64,000 nt of DNA, taken from Candidatus Bathyarchaeia archaeon (GTDB lineage: Archaea > Thermoproteota > Bathyarchaeia > Bathyarchaeales > Bathycorpusculaceae). The stretch covers positions 1 through 64,000 of the forward strand of contig JBMFOB010000005.1 in assembly GCA_049969855.1 (NCBI GenBank), given 5' to 3'. The notes under the pieces were generated by a model. The model ran no database searches, was not told where the DNA came from, and was given only the letters and a program-made list of their open reading frames with translations. Made by a program: the position numbers and the translations under genes. Each line of letters opens with the position of its first letter. Within the stretch, counting starts at the first letter, position 1. Below, in pieces: positions 29,226 through 37,918 of this stretch.

Positions 29226-29816
29226 TTACTTCTTTTCGGCAACGCTTTTAACTAGGTCAAGTATTTTTTTATGTTTCTTTCCTTTGCCAACTCCCTTGAC
29301 AAATTGGAGAAGTTCTGAAAACCTCTTTTCACCATCCCTTTTGTATATTTGAACGAAAATTTCAAGCATAGAACCTGAAAGATTCCACGGAAGGTTTCTG
29401 AAGCTTTCGCAGTACATCTTCATCTTCCTAGTAGTTGGTCTACCGATCCCACGTAACCTTCTAAATGGAAGTTCTTCTGTGGTTACACCATATCTGACTC
29501 TATCTTTAAATTCTTTAAAATCTGCTGGAACGCTTATACTTTTTTTGATTGCAAGACGTTCATAAACATTTAAAAGGTTAAAGAGTTCTTTTGCCACTTG
29601 CGGGCATCTACTTGCGTATACCTTGTACTTGGATTCTATATCTGCTAACTCTTGATTTTCCATCCAACCATAATAAACTGCATATGCCGAATACTCCGGA
29701 TCTCTTTGATCAGACACGGGCACGCCTTTTTTCTCATAAAAACTTGTTATTTCCTCTGATTTCTCTCGTGGATTTTTACCGAGACGAGCTCCTTCAAACA
29801 AACGCCTTTTTCTCAA
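29226..29816 (-). pseudogene. C-terminal fragment of a Hel308/Ski2-like helicase
   Basis: RVRYGVTTEELPFRRLRGIGRPTTRK matches the ratchet/HhH end of Hel308; no motor motifs present. Confidence 0.6.
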
Positions 29817-30126
29817 ATTTTTTGTCAGAAATTATTACGTCAACACTGTATGGCGTTTCCCCATCCCTAAAAGTGGCTATCCTATAGCCGGACTCTAAAG
29901 CGCGGTCAATTTCTGCTTCATCCACAACCAATCCAGCCTTACGCAAGGCATCAACAAGCTTTGCTTTACATGTATCATCAGAAACGTAAACTATAACATC
30001 AACATCCACAGTTGTCCGTGGAACACTATAAAAGCTGGCTGCCAAAGCGCCAGTAAAAGCATAATTTAATTCCGCCTTCTCAAAACCCTTTATGAGACGC
30101 TTAACAAAATCATAAAAAGCTTCCAA
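29794..30126 (-). pseudogene. Truncated nucleotidyltransferase toxin (MenT1/DUF6036-like)
   Basis: FTGALAASFYSVPRTTVDVDVIV motif; ends after ~110 aa, running into the helicase fragment. Confidence 0.65.
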
Positions 30127-30127
30127 A

Positions 30128-30328
30128 TTAAACGCCTCTTCTGCGCCAGCGTTTGCTCCACTCAAACCTTTCCCGCAGTTTCTCAATAAGCTCTTTATCG
30201 CTTATGTTTGGATTCTACGCTTTAATACCATCAGCGCAAACCCTCACGACAAAATCCGACATCCCAATTGCTAGCGTAACTTTCTCTTCTGGTTTAAGCC
30301 TTCCAAGCCTTTCTGCATCCTTATCCAC
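30128..30328 (-). pseudogene. Antitoxin-like (MenA1/Rv0078B-like) gene with internal TAG
   Basis: VDKDAERLGRLKPEEKVTLAIGMSDFVVRVCADGIKA*NPNISDKELIEKLRERF; stop at 30215-30217. Confidence 0.6.
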
Positions 30329-30366
30329 ACATGCACACCAAACCATAAATTAGGGCGATTGTTCCT

Positions 30367-30543
30367 TTAAAGCTTCAACCTTCTAATTAGACTTTTCACC
30401 TTCTCCTCATCTTTTAGGAAATCCTCTATTATAGCGTTTGCCACCACATAAATTCGCAAATCATTCAACAAAGCCAACTTCCTAATCTCCCTATGCAAGT
30501 CTTCACGAATTTCAACAACAGTCCTTCTAGCGCTTCTAACCAA
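30367..30543 (-). CDS. 58-aa ribbon-helix-helix protein
   Basis: Manual translation MVRSARRTVVEIREDLHREIRKLALLNDLRIYVVANAIIEDFLKDEEKVKSLIRRLKL; GGAGG upstream. Confidence 0.7.
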   Translation of the reverse strand: MVRSARRTVVEIREDLHREIRKLALLNDLRIYVVANAIIEDFLKDEEKVKSLIRRLKL

Positions 30544-30558
30544 AGCCTGTGCATCCTC

Positions 30559-31065
30559 CTAGCTGCCTTGGATTTGGATGGCTAAATCGCCCAAAATTAG
30601 AAACAGCCTTGTAACCTTCACTTCCGCTGGCTTTAATACGGCGACTTCTGCAAGCACATGCACTGCGGCTTCTGGGCTTATGCCGAACTCAGATTGGATT
30701 AGTGATGCCGCCGTTGCTTGAACTGCTGCGTCTACATAGATTTCGTAAATTCCCGCGTGGATTAACTCAACGAGAACATCTGCGAGGGGTTGAGTAACTG
30801 CGTTTTGGTTTATGTTAAAATTTGATTCTTGAGCGGTTACGCTTTGGCTTGCGGCAACAGCGTCTTTAACGATATTGTAAGTTGTTTCGCTAACAGGCGT
30901 GGCAAGCGATTGGCTTACAGCATCCACATATATTTCATAAACCTGCCCACCAGAAATTATGATTATTTTTGTTCCATCCTCAAGTAAAGCGTCTATTTTT
31001 CTGCGTCCCCACTCGTCTAAAATGGCGTTGAGCATTATGTCGCCGTATTCGCTGACGTTAACCAA
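30559..31065 (-). CDS. Putative tail fibre-associated protein with internal repeat
   Basis: YEIYVDA occurs twice; located at the end of the tail module. Confidence 0.55.
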   Translation of the reverse strand: MVNVSEYGDIMLNAILDEWGRRKIDALLEDGTKIIIISGGQVYEIYVDAVSQSLATPVSETTYNIVKDAVAASQSVTAQESNFNINQNAVTQPLADVLVELIHAGIYEIYVDAAVQATAASLIQSEFGISPEAAVHVLAEVAVLKPAEVKVTRLFLILGDLAIQIQGS

Positions 31066-31828
31066 ACAAGACGCCTCGGCACTTTATTTGTGTTGGAACT
31101 GGAAACCTGTAAACGCTCGGCGGACTCGTGCTTTTTGTGTTTACATATGCTGTGTTAAGGAGTGTGGCGTCGCCGTGTGCAACCCTAATTAAACCGTAAG
31201 GCTCCACAGCCGCCAAGAATGTGATGCCAGACAAGGTGAAGCCCGTGGATGTGTTGTTGTTATAATTAATTGACGTATGCCCATTATATACATAAGTGGC
31301 GCCCTGTGTGCCTGTAAGCCCTGCGCTGAAGTTTACAAATGTTGAGCTTCCCCCGCAAACTATCGTCACGTCCTTATGCAGTGGCGTTTTAAACAGTTTA
31401 ATGCGTGAAACGTGAACAGCAAAAGCATACCTATCAAGAATGCTGTCGCTAACTGAACTCCAAAGTTTTAGGGCTAAAACATCGCCAACCTGCACGTCAA
31501 GGAAGCATGCAGTGCAACTCCAATAATAATTGGCACTTACAGACGTGCTGCTGCTTGCAACGCTCTGACCGTTTTTTAACATCCTCCAGTAAAGCGTCCC
31601 AGCCGTCACAAATTGACCGCCAGCCAACACACGGGCAAGCCAAACCTTACTGAAAGGCTTAACATCAAATGTTGGAAGGTCGCTTTCCTGAACCGCATAA
31701 GCTACTTGCGGGTCTGTCGGCTCCGTTGTCGGCAAAGTTAATGGCGTGCCTAAAAGCGTTTCCCTTGGAGTCTGATAAGTAATATTCAAAGTTTTGAAGC
31801 TTGTAAACAAAGGTGTTAGCTTTGTCAT
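31058..31828 (-). CDS. Putative receptor-binding/fibre protein
   Basis: Thr/Ser/Tyr-rich beta-strand protein in the distal tail module. Confidence 0.55.
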   Translation of the reverse strand: MTKLTPLFTSFKTLNITYQTPRETLLGTPLTLPTTEPTDPQVAYAVQESDLPTFDVKPFSKVWLARVLAGGQFVTAGTLYWRMLKNGQSVASSSTSVSANYYWSCTACFLDVQVGDVLALKLWSSVSDSILDRYAFAVHVSRIKLFKTPLHKDVTIVCGGSSTFVNFSAGLTGTQGATYVYNGHTSINYNNNTSTGFTLSGITFLAAVEPYGLIRVAHGDATLLNTAYVNTKSTSPPSVYRFPVPTQIKCRGVLFG

Positions 31829-32115
31829 TTAGTCTGCACACCATCAAAGCCTATCAATTGTGCTGATGCTGTTGTATTTTTAACTCGGATGCAAATTGAG
31901 TTGGTCACGTGGAAAGAATACTTAGCATAAACGCCAGCACCAGCATCAGTGTCAAAGATTAGGCTGTTTGTGCCGTCATAAAGTTCCAGTTGAACATCGC
32001 TTGCATGATAAATGTTGTGAATTACCGCCTCAACACCAACCGCTGGCTGAATGTCCAAGTAAGCACCTGCCGCAATGCTTTGTAAACCGCTAAAAACATC
32101 TCCAACAGCCATCAT
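31825..32115 (-). CDS. Small beta-rich virion protein
   Basis: 96-aa ORF overlapping the downstream tail-module gene. Confidence 0.6.
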   Translation of the reverse strand: MMAVGDVFSGLQSIAAGAYLDIQPAVGVEAVIHNIYHASDVQLELYDGTNSLIFDTDAGAGVYAKYSFHVTNSICIRVKNTTASAQLIGFDGVQTK

Positions 32116-32126
32116 TTACCCTCCGT

Positions 32127-32603
32127 TTACGCTGGACGCTGGAATTTAGGCGTATAGTAAACTTTCACTTGATCGCCTGAAACCACGTTTTTTGTCGTGT
32201 AAGTGTCTCTGCAATACATTGTTCCGCCGCTGGAAGCATTAAACAAGCCGCATTCTTGCAATGCGTAAGTATTTGTTATGTTGAATGTTGCATCCATACT
32301 ACACTCGCCAGTGTTGGCGTCCTTACTGTATGTTCCCTGAACACGCATAACTTCAGCGAGTAAAGCCGTTTGTGTAGATGCGGGTGCTGTTCCATCAGTG
32401 CCAATAGCCACATAGTTAAAAACTGCTGGACGATTAGCGCTACCGTCAAAAGCTTGACCACACAAAGCATTAAGTCCGCCATCAACCACCAAATCTTCGA
32501 AGTCAATCAACCGTTCGTCTACGTCTATCAGTTTACCGTTCCGCCATATTTCAATGCGTCTGCCCATTCCAACTATTATTTTAGCTTTATTTTTCAAACT
32601 CAT
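32127..32603 (-). CDS. Tail fibre/baseplate-attachment-like protein
   Basis: LVVDGGLN...YVAIGTDGTAP...QTALLAEVMR...ECGLFNA..GTMY pattern typical of phage fibre N-terminal domains. Confidence 0.7.
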   Translation of the reverse strand: MSLKNKAKIIVGMGRRIEIWRNGKLIDVDERLIDFEDLVVDGGLNALCGQAFDGSANRPAVFNYVAIGTDGTAPASTQTALLAEVMRVQGTYSKDANTGECSMDATFNITNTYALQECGLFNASSGGTMYCRDTYTTKNVVSGDQVKVYYTPKFQRPA

Positions 32604-32839
32604 TTCTCAACTTTTTCTCCTCCGCTTACACCAGCAAGATTTGAACAACCAGCTTCAGCTTTTGGAAAGCGAACAACCGCTATCCAGCCAACCTCACCGT
32701 CATAATAAACGCGGACAACCAAAACGTTCTCATGAGTTTTGAAGAGTTTTTTGCCTTCAGCTCGGGCTACGGCTAAGACGTCGCCGACATCCTTGAACTT
32801 TTCTTTGTCGTCTCGGATGACTAGGGCTTTGTCAGGCAT
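32600..32839 (-). CDS. Hypothetical protein
   Basis: 79-aa ORF overlapping both neighbours. Confidence 0.6.
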   Translation of the reverse strand: MPDKALVIRDDKEKFKDVGDVLAVARAEGKKLFKTHENVLVVRVYYDGEVGWIAVVRFPKAEAGCSNLAGVSGGEKVEK

Positions 32840-33071
32840 TTGAGCGGTTAACCTCCTTTAAAGTGCCATCTGCGTTCCATGCGAAAGTGAGTGTGAAAAT
32901 TTCGTTATCGCCTTCATAGGCTTTTAGTGTGGCTATTGTGCCGTCAGCGTTCCATATGAAAATTAGCTTTGTTATCTTTTTTCCCGCAGGTGGAGCCATA
33001 ATTCCGCTTAAGGCGCTGTGAATCGCCTTGTAAGCTTCTTCGTAACGTCCATAGGGAACATTATTGCTCAT
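32832..33071 (-). CDS. Hypothetical virion protein
   Basis: WNADGT repeated twice; ATG at 33071. Confidence 0.65.
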   Translation of the reverse strand: MSNNVPYGRYEEAYKAIHSALSGIMAPPAGKKITKLIFIWNADGTIATLKAYEGDNEIFTLTFAWNADGTLKEVNRSNA

Positions 33072-33072
33072 T

Positions 33073-34663
33073 TTATAGTAACCTCGCAATTTTGTGTCTG
33101 CTGATGTGGTCTGTTTTGCTTCTTAGGGCATAGAGATAATCTGCTAAAAGCGGTTGTTCGCGTCCAAGCTCCAAGGTGATTTCTAATGTTTGCGTTTTTG
33201 CGTCAACATTGTATTCTACGGTTTCTATGCGAAAGTCTGCGTCTATGTTCTCGTTTGGCAATGTCACATGGATTTTGTCTGCTGGCAAAAGCGGTGTGTT
33301 GCCATAATCTATGACTGCGCTCTTTATGGTTAAGCATTCTGCTGGGTTTTTGTAATGGTTAAGTAAGGCTTTGGCTCGCAAGGCGCATTCGTTGTCGCTG
33401 CAAAGCTCCTCATCCGTGTCGGCTAATTCCCTTAAGCCATAAGCGTTTTGGCTGTTAGCGTCTCCTTGTGTGCTGTTGTATCTGCGTCCGCCGAAGAATA
33501 AGCCGTCAACCCAGAAGCTGCCCGTTCCAACTCCAGTGAACCAGCAGTCAAAACGCACCTTCTTTATTTGTGTCCAATCAAAACCACTTTCAACATTCCA
33601 CAAATCAGCATTTTCTTTGCCAGCCTTAACTTGCATTTGAACCCACTTTTCGGGTCCAATTGGAAAGGTGTGGCTTGCAGCCTTACTTGAAGTGTCATAG
33701 AGTATGACAATTAAGTTTCCGTCAAAGGCTGCTTCACGGTATGCCCAGAAGCTTAATAGTGGGTAGAGGTTTGCGTTAACCTCTTTGCCGCTGTTTAATG
33801 TAAAAGTGCAGCCTATCCAATACTGGTTTGCTCCATAAGTTTTGATGCTTCCGCTGCCCTTAACCTTGTTTCCAGTGTCAAAACTTACTTCGCCCGCTGC
33901 TGCGCTCCAGCTTCCATCCGCTGGCGTTAGGCTTTCAGTCCAAGCATCTTTATCGCTTGGCACACTTTTGTCAGCAACGCCGTAAACGGTAATTTTGTTG
34001 CGAATGCTACTGATGTCTTTTCGGTATTCGCTTTCCTCAATTTTCTCTGTTAGGCTTATGGCGCTTGTCTTGCTGTTGCGTGGGAAAAACTCGAATTTGC
34101 CCGTCTGGCGCTATGCGGAAATCAAAGCCTATTACGCCTTGCTTGTCTGCTGATTCTGCCACGTATTGGAGAATGTCGAATACTGGCGTGTTTTCATATT
34201 CCAGTTTCGTGAATGTTGTATCTGTGTTTTCAACAAGTTCTGTTCCGCTGCGATTATGGCTTAAACCAACATAATAATCAAGCAAGTGTTTGACTATGTC
34301 TTCGCCCTTCATGTTTTCAAAGGTGCCTGTGAAAACTCTTCGAAAGAGGCGTTCTCCCCAGCACCGCCCACTAACACGCACATAGTTTTCTGTTGGCGTA
34401 GATTCATACTTTACACTTTCAACACGGCAAGTAAGAATTTGCGGACAATTTGCGCCTCTTCCAATGCTTATGCCCCCATCCATTCCAACATTTATGGGAA
34501 AAGAACCGCTTGGGCTATACTTTTTATCCCAATTCTGCAACAACACTTCGAAGCTGCTAACCTCTTTTGTGCAGCCCAAATGCACACGACACTGGATAAC
34601 GTCGCCTTGCGGAATCCCATAAGAGCCGAAGGCTATGGCGACTTTTGGAATGTCAACGCTCAT
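33073..34663 (-). pseudogene. Baseplate hub/Tal-like protein split by a single extra base (about 529 aa if restored)
   Basis: Removing one C of the CCC run at 34100-34102 joins ORF 34037-34663 to ORF 33073-33963 via DGKFEFFPRNSK...IRNKITVYG. Confidence 0.75.
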
Positions 34664-35205
34664 TTTTCGACGCCTCTGCGGTAAAGCTCTTCTTCTCGAG
34701 CGCGAGTTATCGAACGAGTGTGCGTAGACGTTTCAGCGACAGCAGCATTATATTCCTTTACCGAATCTGTGGCTGCGTTCATTTGACTGGCAAAATAAGC
34801 CATGGCTGCTGCAGCCCCAATAATGGCGGCTATGCCTACGCCTGTTAAAGCCAGGAAAGTCGCATAACTAATGTTCAAAGCGTTCTGGGCTGCAGTGGCT
34901 ATCCAGCAAGCAGCAGCATAAACTTTTTGGGCTATGGCAACGCCCCAGCTTGTGCGCATAAACATGCCTAAAACGCTGATAACCATCATGGCGCTGTTGA
35001 AAACCCGAGCCTGCTCATCATTTAATAAGCCGAACTGGTGGGCTATGTGTCCAATGGCTGCGCCAGTTGCTCCTAAACCGGCAATGGCTGAGCCGAGGCT
35101 TTTTATGCGAAGGCTTAAGGCTTCAGCGTCGGTTTGAATCCTTGCAAACTCGTGGCTTGCACGATTAACAGCACGAATTGTTATGGCTACTTCCCTGAAG
35201 CTCAT
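34660..35205 (-). CDS. Very short tape-measure-like protein (181 aa)
   Basis: EVAITIRAVNRAS N-terminus, Ala/Gly-rich amphipathic helices, TAAQNALN motif, position before the hub. Confidence 0.75.
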   Translation of the reverse strand: MSFREVAITIRAVNRASHEFARIQTDAEALSLRIKSLGSAIAGLGATGAAIGHIAHQFGLLNDEQARVFNSAMMVISVLGMFMRTSWGVAIAQKVYAAACWIATAAQNALNISYATFLALTGVGIAAIIGAAAAMAYFASQMNAATDSVKEYNAAVAETSTHTRSITRAREEELYRRGVEK

Positions 35206-35573
35206 TCTAAGCCAGCCTCCAATTTGGCTTCATCAATAGCCTCGCAGATAATCTGCTCAAGCCTTGGCAAATGCTCCTGTATGGCTGGGTAAAGGTAGGG
35301 GTGGGCTTGCATATAGCGTGTGCCAAACTCAACAAACAAAGCGTAAGTGGCTTCAGCGCCCACTTCGGCAACCCAATCGTTTATCTTTGCGTAAATTGAG
35401 CTTCGCAAGTGTCCAGTTCTAAGAGGAGCCAAGGATTTAGCGTACTCTTTAACTTCCATTGCCCACCTTTCCAACTGCGCATTCACTTGCTTCTGCAGTG
35501 CCAAATCAAACTGCTGAACTGCTTGCTTAAACTCCTCTAAACCTTCCAAGTCGCATATTATTTCGACCGCCAT
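35202..35573 (-). CDS. HK97 gp10-like tail component
   Basis: APLRTGHLRSSI and YALFVEFGTRYMQAHPYLYPA. Confidence 0.88.
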   Translation of the reverse strand: MAVEIICDLEGLEEFKQAVQQFDLALQKQVNAQLERWAMEVKEYAKSLAPLRTGHLRSSIYAKINDWVAEVGAEATYALFVEFGTRYMQAHPYLYPAIQEHLPRLEQIICEAIDEAKLEAGLE

Positions 35574-35619
35574 CGTGTTTCACGCTCCGCCTTCCTTTTT
35601 TCCTCCTCCATTTGACGGT

Positions 35620-36093
35620 CTAACTCGTTGAGGATGACAATGAACTGCTGAACTGCTTTGACTGGCTGTTTCGCAAGCTGTTTTGGTGTCCACCCGAATT
35701 CTTTGCAGAGGCGGAACTCTGTAAGCATTTGGTTTGGTTTTTGGCGTCTGATGGCTCTGATAAAAAAGTTGTCTCTTCAAGGCTAACATTGTTTAGGCGG
35801 TTAACAATTTGGCTGAAAAATTCTCCCAAGCCTATTGGAACGCCATTTTCTTCGCTTAAAAGCTTATCCAATGTTATAGGCTTGTTTGGCGGCTGTTCCT
35901 TAAGCGAAGCCATTATGGTTTCTGCTTGAATAGCCACATAATCACTTGCTATGACTTGTCCAGTGTGCTGGCTGTATCGCGTGTATTTTTGGATTATGCG
36001 GTTGCGTTTAGCCCATGAAATTTCGCCAAAAACATAGCGCCCAGCATAATCCTTGCCAAATTCTTCGCCGACTAAAACGGTTTCTGTTCGCAT
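35620..36093 (-). CDS. Tail assembly chaperone (gpG-like); -1 frameshift product extends to 35558
   Basis: Follows the tail tube gene; slippery TTTTTTA at 35767-35761. Confidence 0.8.
   Translation of the reverse strand: MRTETVLVGEEFGKDYAGRYVFGEISWAKRNRIIQKYTRYSQHTGQVIASDYVAIQAETIMASLKEQPPNKPITLDKLLSEENGVPIGLGEFFSQIVNRLNNVSLEETTFLSEPSDAKNQTKCLQSSASAKNSGGHQNSLRNSQSKQFSSSLSSSTS
35761..35767 (-). other. Programmed -1 ribosomal frameshift site (T TTT TTA)
   Basis: In-frame X XXY YYZ heptamer; -1 frame gives 67 further residues including LCKEFGWTPKQL. Confidence 0.8.
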
Positions 36094-36956
36094 CAGCTTA
36101 TCACCACATCCCTCGAAACAAAAGAGGCCTTGAGGCTTACGAGGTCCTCAATTTTTGTCGGTGTGCTCACGCTTTCCCACTTGCAATATTTGAAAAAGGC
36201 GCTGTTTGTTCCGCCTAAACCGAATTTTAAGCTGAATTCGCCGTCGTTTACTACATCATCATATTCTTGTTTGCTTTCAAACTCGAAGATTAACTCGCCA
36301 CTTAAGCTGCGGTGGCGGGCTGGCAAATATTTGAGGATTTCACCGTTTGTCGAACGGATTACTGGCACTTGTTTTAAGTTGTTTTCTATGGTGAATTTCC
36401 AGTCTGTTATGCGCTCTATTGCCGTCAAGCCTGAACCATCTGCTGCTCCGCATTGCACAAAACTTTCATAGTATGGAACAACTCCAGCATAGTCAGCGTA
36501 TGTGGCTCCGCTTAGCTTTGAATTTCCAACAACCACATTTTGTCCAACAAGTTCAACAGTTGCCTTAACAAACTCTTCAATGCCGCATTCCACAACAGCC
36601 TTATCCATTCTGCACCCTTTAAGAAGCAAGTCAACAATTCCAGAAGGCTTTTCATAAAATATTTCAATGCTCAAAGAGTTCAGCGTAGCTATGTGCTGGA
36701 GAAAGTTTATTGGAGAATCGCTTGGCAATGGATAAACAACTTTTACGCCGACATCCCTCAAGCCCTTCCTAACCGCCTGTAAATCCCTACTTCCAACTCC
36801 ACGAACCTTAATCAAACTTGGATTCAAAACTGGTTCAATGCTTTCCGCCTTTAAGCCAAGCATCGAAGGATTTGAAGGCGTTTCTCCATAGCTTGTTTCC
36901 TCCACATAATAGATTTTTGCTTCATGCGCCCCAAATGGCATACTCATTCTCTTCAT
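36093..36956 (-). CDS. Major tail tube protein
   Basis: YYVEETSYGETP N-terminus and WKFTIENNL...RSLSGELIFEF. Confidence 0.85.
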   Translation of the reverse strand: MKRMSMPFGAHEAKIYYVEETSYGETPSNPSMLGLKAESIEPVLNPSLIKVRGVGSRDLQAVRKGLRDVGVKVVYPLPSDSPINFLQHIATLNSLSIEIFYEKPSGIVDLLLKGCRMDKAVVECGIEEFVKATVELVGQNVVVGNSKLSGATYADYAGVVPYYESFVQCGAADGSGLTAIERITDWKFTIENNLKQVPVIRSTNGEILKYLPARHRSLSGELIFEFESKQEYDDVVNDGEFSLKFGLGGTNSAFFKYCKWESVSTPTKIEDLVSLKASFVSRDVVIS

Positions 36957-37918
36957 CCCTCCATTAATGCTGAAACATTTTCAAAAGACCATGACTTCAC
37001 GATGAATTCAGTTCGCCACAGGAACGGTTTAATGCGCACTTCATCATCATCGCGGAAACTAACAATGTCCACATAAGTTATGCCATCAACAGTAAACTCA
37101 ACCTCAACATAATCGCAATAAAGAACTGCTTGCGCTGCACCGTTGCTTGGAAAAATTGTTTTGGCAAGCAAATATGCATAGCCGTCTGCGTCAACATAAT
37201 TTGGCAGGGCAGACGCCAAAGTTATCGTTAAAAGCTCATCGCTTTCTCCGCTGCCAGAAACGGGATTCTCCCAAGCGCTTGCAACATGGTTCCAAACCTT
37301 AACTGTAACGCCATTTCCAGCTGGAGCAAAGCCGTATCCTTCAAACTTCAAAACAATCTGTTTAAGAACATTTTCTTCGGCGTCGATTTTAAAGCGGAAA
37401 AGCATGAAGGCAAATTTTCCATCCTCTAAGACTGATTTGCTGAATCGGTTGTCGTCGCTGTACCAGATTTTCTGGTACTCCCCATCCGTGAGCTCGCTCC
37501 AGCCATAATCGTTAGGCAACAACTCATTCGCTGAAGCGCAGTGATAGGCTTTATGGGTTGCGGAAGCTACGCCGACGCCGCAAAAACTGTAATCCGCATG
37601 GTTTGGCGTGTTGCGTTTTCCATGAATGACACGGTTAATTTCGCTGCGCATCTTTTCGCGGATACTTTTATCAAAAGTCCAAGCATTAACACGCATAAAC
37701 AAGCAGAGACGCCTAAGGCTTCCATCAAAACTTAACTTTTCATCATCGCCCCTATCAAGCCCAACAGTGATTTGTCCATCAAAACTTTTCAGAAGTTCAC
37801 GGTCTAACCATTCTTGTCCAACTTGGATGTTTGCTAATGCGCCGTCATCTTTAATGACAGCCAAATATCTTTTAAGTAATCGAATAAGTGTGGAAACAGG
37901 ATTCTCTATTGCTGTCAT
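36953..37918 (-). CDS. Tail terminator/completion-like protein with inserted beta-sandwich domain
   Basis: Position before the tail tube; MRVNAW...SEINRVI and WRTEFIV flank an aromatic beta-rich insert. Confidence 0.6.
   Translation of the reverse strand: MTAIENPVSTLIRLLKRYLAVIKDDGALANIQVGQEWLDRELLKSFDGQITVGLDRGDDEKLSFDGSLRRLCLFMRVNAWTFDKSIREKMRSEINRVIHGKRNTPNHADYSFCGVGVASATHKAYHCASANELLPNDYGWSELTDGEYQKIWYSDDNRFSKSVLEDGKFAFMLFRFKIDAEENVLKQIVLKFEGYGFAPAGNGVTVKVWNHVASAWENPVSGSGESDELLTITLASALPNYVDADGYAYLLAKTIFPSNGAAQAVLYCDYVEVEFTVDGITYVDIVSFRDDDEVRIKPFLWRTEFIVKSWSFENVSALMEG

Noticed and set aside
29226-29816. Helicase as a replication gene of the element
   Set aside because: Only the C-terminal non-motor part is present, joined to a broken toxin gene.
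30215-30217. In-frame TAG (and the TGA near 25227) as pyrrolysine/selenocysteine recoding
   Set aside because: Both lie in fragments that are otherwise truncated, are explained by single C-to-T changes, and no pyl or sel genes are in the window.
35580-35789. 69-aa ORF as the chaperone extension
   Set aside because: Wrong frame; the -1 frame ending at 35558 carries the recognisable chaperone motif.
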